Shown in pieces: positions 21,471 through 27,899 of a DNA stretch of 27,899 nt (positions are counted from its first letter, which is position 1; the number at the start of each line of letters is the position of its first letter). A program made the translations under genes and the position numbers. The stretch lies in assembly GCA_030141605.1 (NCBI GenBank), contig JAQGDQ010001726.1, positions 1 through 27,899 on the forward strand. The letters run 5' to 3'. The stretch is from Tubiluchus corallicola. Lineage: Eukaryota > Animalia > Priapulida. The notes under the pieces are model-generated. The model made no database searches, was not told the origin of the DNA, and saw nothing but the letters and a program-made list of their open reading frames with translations.

Positions 21471-23146
21471 TCACATCCTACTAAGAGCATCAGCACATTC
21501 ATTTTTTTACTCCAGGAATGTGCTCAAGTGTGAAAGTGTACTCCTGAAGGAGCAAAATCCATCTAGCAATTCTCTTGTTTTTAACTTTCATGTTTTGTAA
21601 GGGGACAAGTGATTTTGCATCCAACATGATCTTCGACCAACTAGGTAAAAAGAAAGTTTTTCAACTGAATAGACAATTGCCAACAGCGCTTGTTCAATTG
21701 TTGAATAATTCTTTTCAGCTCCAGAGAGCTTCCTACTAATGTAAGTTATTGGTAGCTCATTACCTTGTGTGTCAAATTGTGAGAGAGTAGCACCGATGCC
21801 TGTATCACTTGCATCTGTAGTTACATAGAAAGTTTTCTCAAAATCAGGAGAATGAAGTATCGATTCCGTATTAATGGCATGGCAAAGAGTAACAAATGAC
21901 TGCTCACAGTCGTCGTTCCAGACAATAGCATTTGGTTTACACTTTTCAGTAAGTGCAATAAGTGGAATAGCAATGTTTGAAAAGTTTTTAATGAATCTGC
22001 GATAAAATCCTACGAAGCCTAAAAAACTGCGAACTTGTTTTTTAGTTTGTGGTCTTGCCATGTCTTTGAGTGCTTGTATTTTTGCAGGTTGTGGTCTGAG
22101 AACATTACAGCCCACAATGTAGCCAAGAAATTCGATTTCTCGTTGTGCAAAAGCACATTTAAGTGGCTTTATAGTTAGGCCTGCATGCATGATGCATGTT
22201 AATACAAGTTCAATGTGGTAAAGATGGTCTTTCCATGTCTGACTTCTAATAGCTACATCATCAATATAACCAGATGCACAAGTGATTACTGGTTCCAGGA
22301 CTGCCGGACTGGAATATAGACTATCTGACTCCTCAATCACTCCAAGGTCTTTCATATTTTGCACTTCCAAACGCACTGCTTCTCTTTGCGCTTGTGGAAT
22401 GCGGTAAGGCTTTTGAGAAATTGGTTTGTCAGAAGTAAGATTGATTTTGTGCTCAATTAGATTAGTTTTCCCAGGTATGTCGGAGAATACAATGGAGAAT
22501 TTATCTAAAAGCTCAGTTAATTCCTGTTGTTGTTGTTTAGACAGGTGAGTGGGTATTACCACATCTTTGACACTTTGTGTCGGTGTAACTAATGATGGAG
22601 GAAAACAATGATCAGGCATATCAGTTTCTTGTTTCAAAGACAACCAAATATCTGCATTATTGTCCTCACCTAGTTCAGGCTGCTTATCAGAAAAGTTTTT
22701 AAACTGTTCTTCTCTTGGCAGGATACTTTGTGCATAGAGAATTGTCTTTGCATCACGGGAAATATATTCCTTTAGATGATTGATGTGGAAGCATTGGGAT
22801 TTCTTTCCTTTTTTCTGAATAGCTATCTCATATACATATTCAGATATTTTGCTCAACACCTCGTATGGACCTTGCCATATTTTGGCCAACTTCTTCTGAG
22901 AAGAGGGAAGCAGAACTAGAACTTGCATGCCTGGTTCTAAAGACCTATGACGACTCTTTTGGTCATACCAGTCTTTTTGTGCAACTTTAGCCTGTAACAA
23001 CTGGTCATGAGCTTCTTCAGTTATGTCTTCGAGGTGATCAATCATTTCGGCAACATAATCATCGAGTTCAACTGGGTTTGTAGACTTTTCTGAACCCCAG
23101 CGTTTTCTAAGGACTGCCATTGGTCCATTTATTTGATGGCCATGCA
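21471..23146 (-). pseudogene. pol: pol 3' part: integrase C-terminus (GPY/F), reverse transcriptase with internal deletion, RNase H with frameshifts
   Basis: Contains WQGPYEV, PYRIP..GVIEES..YSSP joined directly to YIDD, KCAFAQ..FLGY, VRSFLG..FYRRFI and TDASDTGIGATL. The tail RIARWILLLQEY..HIPG..ADALSRM* is recoverable only by frameshifts beyond ORF 21588..23228. Confidence 0.9.
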
Positions 23147-24669
23147 TGCACCAGTTCATATGGACTGTATTTGAGTGACTCTTGCGGTACCTCACGGTAT
23201 GCAAAAAGAACAAAGCACAGAAGGTCATCCCATTGAGATGTTTTCTTGGCTAAGCAAAGCTTTTTAATAGAAGCTTTTAGGCTGCCATTAAAACGTTCAC
23301 AAAGACCTTGACTTTGGGGTCTATATGGGGTAGAAAAAACTCCTTGAATGTGCAGTGCTGTTTCCAGGTCGCGAATCAGTGACGATTTGAACTGAGTGCC
23401 TTGATCAGATTGGATAATCGAAGGGATTCCATATCTACACATAAATTGTAGCAGACATCTTGCTACAGTGGAAGCTTCTGCATTTGGCATAGCATACGCA
23501 TCTGGATAGCGTGTTGCTTGGTCGATTATAACTAACACGTAGCGATTATTCCTTTTGGTCCTATTAAATGGGCCACAAATATCAATTTGAATACTCTCAA
23601 AAGCTTTCTCTATGACAGGTAAAGGTTTGAGTTTCATCCTGTCTCTTGTCATATTTCGAGATGTTTTCTGACAAACTGGACAGGATTGTACATATCGCTT
23701 TATCGAATTATGAATTCCAGGCCAGGTATAATCAGATAAGATTCGTTGTCGAGTCTTTTTAATACCCAAGTGACTTGCCATCTCTGTATCATGTGCTAGC
23801 TGCAACACCTCAAGTCTTCGAGACTTCGGAACTACCAACAATGTCTTTGTCTTGCCTTTCTTGTCTCTTAGAGCTCTGTGAAGAACACCAGCTTCCAGGT
23901 AGTATGCATCACCCTTTTTCAGTGCTGTTTGTTTGCTAACAGCATTGTCTTGAAGATTCCTTAGGGTTACATCATCCTCCTGTTCATGAATTAGCTGAGC
24001 TCTAGACAAGTGAAACAACTTGTCATTATGCTGATTCAGATCTGCCTTAATTCCATCATCCCCACTCGTAGCAGAAAACTCTCGTTGAGAATCACGCTTT
24101 GCTGCTTGAGCTCTTGTGACAACCAATGATTGACAAGCATGATCAGCATTTACATCAGGAAACTGCGTCTTGGAATGTTTGTTCACTTTATGAGCGAGCT
24201 CATATGTGTTATCAAGAGGGATGTCATTCAACTGTTCCAAAGATAAGGCACGACCAAGACTCACCTTAGAGTTACCCATTGCAAATTGGATTTCCTCTGC
24301 TTTGGAGAATGGTTCCAATGCCTCTTTAAAGTCATTTCCAATGACTATATTCTTAGGCAAATTAGGAATTACTATAACAGTAAGCCATCCATTTCCTAAT
24401 GGTGAGAAAATTGGTATTTTAGCCAACGAAAATTTTTTCGTTTCACCCCAACAGCATATGAGAACAACAGTGTCTTCAGTGTATTGGTCTTTGGGTAAAA
24501 GAGTAGAGCGAACCATGGATGAATCAGCTCCAGTATCCCTAAGTGCATAACATCCAATGCCATTCATTGTAATCCATATATAGTGATTACCGTCTCTGAG
24601 ATAACTGACATTATTCTGATTTGAAGAATCGGAGTAAGACCTTGTTCTTCTCTGAACAACTCCAGACAA
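23107..24669 (-). CDS. pol: pol 5' part: aspartic protease and integrase (HHCC, DDE)
   Basis: Protease LRDTGADSS and IVIGND. Integrase HDTEMASHLG..CPVC, IDICGP, SDQG and GLCERFN. Confidence 0.92.
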   Translation of the reverse strand: MSGVVQRRTRSYSDSSNQNNVSYLRDGNHYIWITMNGIGCYALRDTGADSSMVRSTLLPKDQYTEDTVVLICCWGETKKFSLAKIPIFSPLGNGWLTVIVIPNLPKNIVIGNDFKEALEPFSKAEEIQFAMGNSKVSLGRALSLEQLNDIPLDNTYELAHKVNKHSKTQFPDVNADHACQSLVVTRAQAAKRDSQREFSATSGDDGIKADLNQHNDKLFHLSRAQLIHEQEDDVTLRNLQDNAVSKQTALKKGDAYYLEAGVLHRALRDKKGKTKTLLVVPKSRRLEVLQLAHDTEMASHLGIKKTRQRILSDYTWPGIHNSIKRYVQSCPVCQKTSRNMTRDRMKLKPLPVIEKAFESIQIDICGPFNRTKRNNRYVLVIIDQATRYPDAYAMPNAEASTVARCLLQFMCRYGIPSIIQSDQGTQFKSSLIRDLETALHIQGVFSTPYRPQSQGLCERFNGSLKASIKKLCLAKKTSQWDDLLCFVLFAYREVPQESLKYSPYELVHAWPSNKWTNGSP

Positions 24670-26000
24670 CTGCTTCTTGAATGCAGAATTGAGTATGTCT
24701 TTTTCTCAGACGGGGTTGATTTCTGAATGGACTTATTCCTACATTCATACTTGGAATGTCCTTTTTGCCCACATGAAAAACAATAAGCTTTTTTAGACTG
24801 TTGATAATTTGTGTCTTTGCGACCACTTATTTGATCAGCGATATCATGATCAATTTTTCCATTGGCAATAGAGGAAACCTTTTTAAAGTTTCTTGTGCCC
24901 TTCCCCTTAAATGGTTTAATTGGTGCCACTTCTGTTGTAGAAGTCCAATAAATATCAGCACAATCTGCCATTTCTAAGTAGGAAGTGAATTTTTGCCTTT
25001 TCAGATAGGCAACTAAATCGTCAGGCAAACTAGTATATGCTTGCTCTAGAAAGAAATGATCACAGACGGCCTCTTTTGTTTTTGCGTCAACAGCATTTAA
25101 CCATGCATTGCCAGCTTTGCGTACACGGCTGAAATAATTTCTGAAGGTTTCAGATTTATATTTGTGCGTATCGCGAAATGCTACACGATAGGCCTCTTTG
25201 GAAAGTTTATATGCGTCAAGTATTCGTTGTTTTACCGTATCATAATCAGCTATCTCATCTTCTGAAAGTTCATCTAGTGCTCTATTCGCACGAGGTGTTA
25301 CTACCCTGCTTAAATTTGCTACGTAGTCTCGCTTAGGGACTTTATTAACGCTCATGCAGCGTTCAAAATTGGAAAACAATTCCAAGATATCCATTTTAGA
25401 GTCATCCCAAACTGGTAGCTTAATTTTCAGTGGTGACTGATTGTAATCTGGTGTACTTTGATTCATATAACTGTTCATCCCCATTTGACTTTGTAAGCGC
25501 ATTTGTTCTAATTTTATTTGCTCTGTTTGTAAAATTTTTTCTTGCAATTGCAATTCTATCTGCTTAGTTTGTGTTATTTGGAAATAATTATCAGGTGCTT
25601 GCATTTGTTGCACAGGTAACGCATCCTGAAACATATTAGGAATGTTTGGTGGCGGCGTTGTGTAAGGTTTAGATTTCACGACTCCACCAAAATTTTGTAT
25701 AGCATGTTGGACACTGGGAGTGGACGTAGTGAGGGGGAGCTCGGCCGTTGCACCCTCGTCATCACGTGCATTCTGCTGTGTCAGCTGCGTATCAGGGAGA
25801 CTAACATTTTCTTCCTGAACTGTGCCTTCATCAGGATTAACTATGTCAGATTCAACAAAATTCTGGAACGCTAATATGCGAGTTATTAATTCTTGCTTGC
25901 TACCTGAGGTTGGTAAACCAAATGCTTTTGCTGTTTCCAAAAGTTCAGCTTTTCTCATGGAATCTAAAGCTTCTTTCGTCAAAATAACTTTGGATTCCAT
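24564..26000 (-). CDS. gag: Gag: SAP-like N-terminal domain, Q-rich coiled coil, SCAN-like capsid, CCHC zinc knuckle
   Basis: 478-aa ORF after the PBS. Motifs are LDSMRKAELLETAKAFGLPTSGSKQELITRI (SAP pattern), EAYRVAFR..WL..FFLEQ..SLP..L..ADIY (SCAN-like) and CFSCGQKGHSKYEC. Confidence 0.92.
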   Translation of the reverse strand: MESKVILTKEALDSMRKAELLETAKAFGLPTSGSKQELITRILAFQNFVESDIVNPDEGTVQEENVSLPDTQLTQQNARDDEGATAELPLTTSTPSVQHAIQNFGGVVKSKPYTTPPPNIPNMFQDALPVQQMQAPDNYFQITQTKQIELQLQEKILQTEQIKLEQMRLQSQMGMNSYMNQSTPDYNQSPLKIKLPVWDDSKMDILELFSNFERCMSVNKVPKRDYVANLSRVVTPRANRALDELSEDEIADYDTVKQRILDAYKLSKEAYRVAFRDTHKYKSETFRNYFSRVRKAGNAWLNAVDAKTKEAVCDHFFLEQAYTSLPDDLVAYLKRQKFTSYLEMADCADIYWTSTTEVAPIKPFKGKGTRNFKKVSSIANGKIDHDIADQISGRKDTNYQQSKKAYCFSCGQKGHSKYECRNKSIQKSTPSEKKTYSILHSRSSCLELFREEQGLTPILQIRIMSVISETVITIYGLQ

Positions 26001-26678
26001 TATGTATTAATTGTTTCAGTGAATGTATGAACTAAGGTTGCTAATTCACAAGAGTTATACTGTAGTAACTGTATAGGTAAGCAGAAAAAAAACGCTTAAA
26101 GTAAACTAAGTCAGAATACCCACAAGTAATGCTATGGTAATTTATGCGCTAAGTTCAGACAGTGCTTTATAGGAAAGTCTGTTTGCACTGTGTATTTAAG
26201 GGATCTATAGCCAGAGAAAAATTTCCACGCAAATACTATGAAGCCAGTTACTATGCTAAATACACCTATGTACGGGCATTCACGCAATAACAACTTATTA
26301 CCTTGAAAACACAAAACTTAACCGTAAATAGAAAATCATGTGGTGACACACCAAACAGGTATTTTAGCATAAACAAGCATAGGGTTTTATCAGTCTAGTA
26401 AAAATTGCAGATATTAGGCATTTATGATTTACGGTACAACACAGTATAAACTGATTAGTATTACCAACATAATTATTAAATTTCCTGCAATCATAGACAG
26501 CTCTTCCCTAAAAATTTGTTGCTAAACTACTTTCGTTAAAAGTTGAAACTCACAACAATTACACTGTTCACATGTACTAGAATGAAGAAAAACAATAACT
26601 ACTACTGCTGTAAACTGATGTCAAATTAATTATGACAAACCATTGCTACAACTGTTATACTGTGGCAATTACTTTAAA

Positions 26679-26691
26679 ACCGCTGCCACCA
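26679..26691 (-). other. Primer-binding site, tRNA-Leu
   Basis: TGGTGGCAGCGGT lies 1 nt inside the 5' LTR. It is complementary to the 3' end (ACCGCTGCCA-CCA) of metazoan tRNA-Leu(AAG/TAG). Confidence 0.9.
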
Positions 26692-26692
26692 T

Positions 26693-27894
26693 TGTGATGA
26701 CCCTGATCCTGTATTTCCTCTAGGGGAATCAAAGAGGGGCATGCTGCGTTAGTTTTACATCTCATAACAGAAGGGAGCTAGTATGATAGTCACTAAATGT
26801 ATGGATGCAGATCGGCCTAAGGCTAATGTTAAAAATACGGGGGACTATGGCCTATTTGCATTCTATACACTAATGGATTGAAGAAAGAAAAAGATCAAAT
26901 GGCAGACATTAAAATAATTAATCAAACAATTTAATCGTTAACAAATTCCAAAGTGATTCGATTTAAGCAAAAGTTCAGTAATAACAAAGATATAGCAATA
27001 TTGACAAAGCTTGGGGTTAGTAGGGTATATACGTTTGCATAAAGTTCATGTCTGCCCACTTTGTACCTAGGTTTTTTGAAACACCTTTCCTTTAAAGCGA
27101 ACAGTTTGTAGAACGGTAGCAATACGTCGTATAACCTCTGCGTCTGAATACAGTTGCGATTCCAAACTTCGTCAGAGAAACTACCAATTAGTCTTTACCC
27201 AGCAAGTAGCATCGAAGAACATTAGGCTAGTATACGTGATGTTTACGTTATCAGTGCGACGTTAGTTACGATCGTAACAAAAGCGAAAAGTACCTGTTAC
27301 CACCCTGGATGTGGTTCTGTAGTAGGTCGATCCATTTGTCAGTCAGTGGTTAACTCCACTACTGCAGACTGCAGGCCAGCATCTCTGGGACCACTCTGGT
27401 TGACGACCACGTGTTACACCAACTAGGCTCTCACAGTATCACCATGTACATTACACACCATATCTTGTGTGAAACTTTCTAGTACGGCATTTCTCTTCAA
27501 CAAAATATAACTTCACAGAGACGAGTAAACGACCTGTCTCGTTCTGTGTCAAGTTGCCGTCTATATCTAAACAGTGTTAAACGAAGTTCGTCGAGAAGCC
27601 ACTCGCTTAAACAGCTATAATTTTATTCACCTGTACACTATCGTTAACCTTGACTTAGCCACTGCATTACAGCCGCGATAGGGCAGACAAGAGTGGGTCA
27701 GACGGAATTCAAAAGGGGGTTTGTTAGTAGGTGCCTACATCCTAACAAAATATCAATAATTAATAATACAATTAACTATCACTGCCAGTAGCTAGATATC
27801 ATACATATCAACTAATTAAATATATTGTATGAATAGGGCTTAATGTTGCATAAGCATAATGTGAGAACTATTAAATGTAGGGCGAAACATGACA
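26693..27894 (-). repeat. 5' LTR (1202 bp)
   Basis: TG...CA termini with an imperfect 7-bp terminal inverted repeat (TGTGATG ... CATGACA); adjacent to the PBS. Confidence 0.95.
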
Positions 27895-27899
27895 ATCAC

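Larger units (their letters stand above)
20053..27894 (-). mobile_element. Gmr1-like Ty3/Gypsy LTR retrotransposon, near full length, pol-defective
   Basis: Two 1.2-kb direct repeats, PBS, PPT, gag and pol with the domain order PR-IN-RT-RH and Gypsy-type RT/RNase H. This order is characteristic of the Gmr1 clade. Confidence 0.95.

Noticed and set aside
24206-24550. Antisense ORFs over pol, gag, the LINE and the channel (also 25822..26010, 18403..18645, 17908..18201, 10103..10363)
   Set aside because: Shadow frames of real coding sequence with no independent motifs.

Overview
AT-rich animal (probably invertebrate) genomic DNA. The left half holds a complete three-exon DEG/ENaC (ASIC/degenerin-family) channel gene on the minus strand. 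I assembled it by hand as join(10331..9493, 4109..4001, 3707..2916), about 579 aa; its 109-nt middle exon is missing from the ORF track. The 5.4-kb first intron contains a decayed RTE-type LINE fragment bracketed by degenerate ~200-bp repeat units in inverted orientation. The middle is mostly non-coding, with microsatellites and a possible plus-strand gene start near 16.1-16.7 kb. At 17.2-19.2 kb a 5'-truncated LINE (3' stem-loop and short-repeat tail intact) appears to sit inside a decayed P2X7-ballast/nanor-like (possibly Kolobok) ORF. The right 7.8 kb is a minus-strand Gmr1-type Ty3/Gypsy LTR retrotransposon with PR-IN-RT-RH order, 1.2-kb LTRs about 99.5% identical, a tRNA-Leu PBS and a PPT. 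Its intact Gag carries an N-terminal SAP-like DNA-binding domain ahead of a SCAN-like capsid and zinc knuckle. Its pol is broken (large in-frame RT deletion, frameshifts), suggesting a young non-autonomous copy. One LTR terminus and the TSD are missing. All homology calls come from motif recognition by eye, not database searches.
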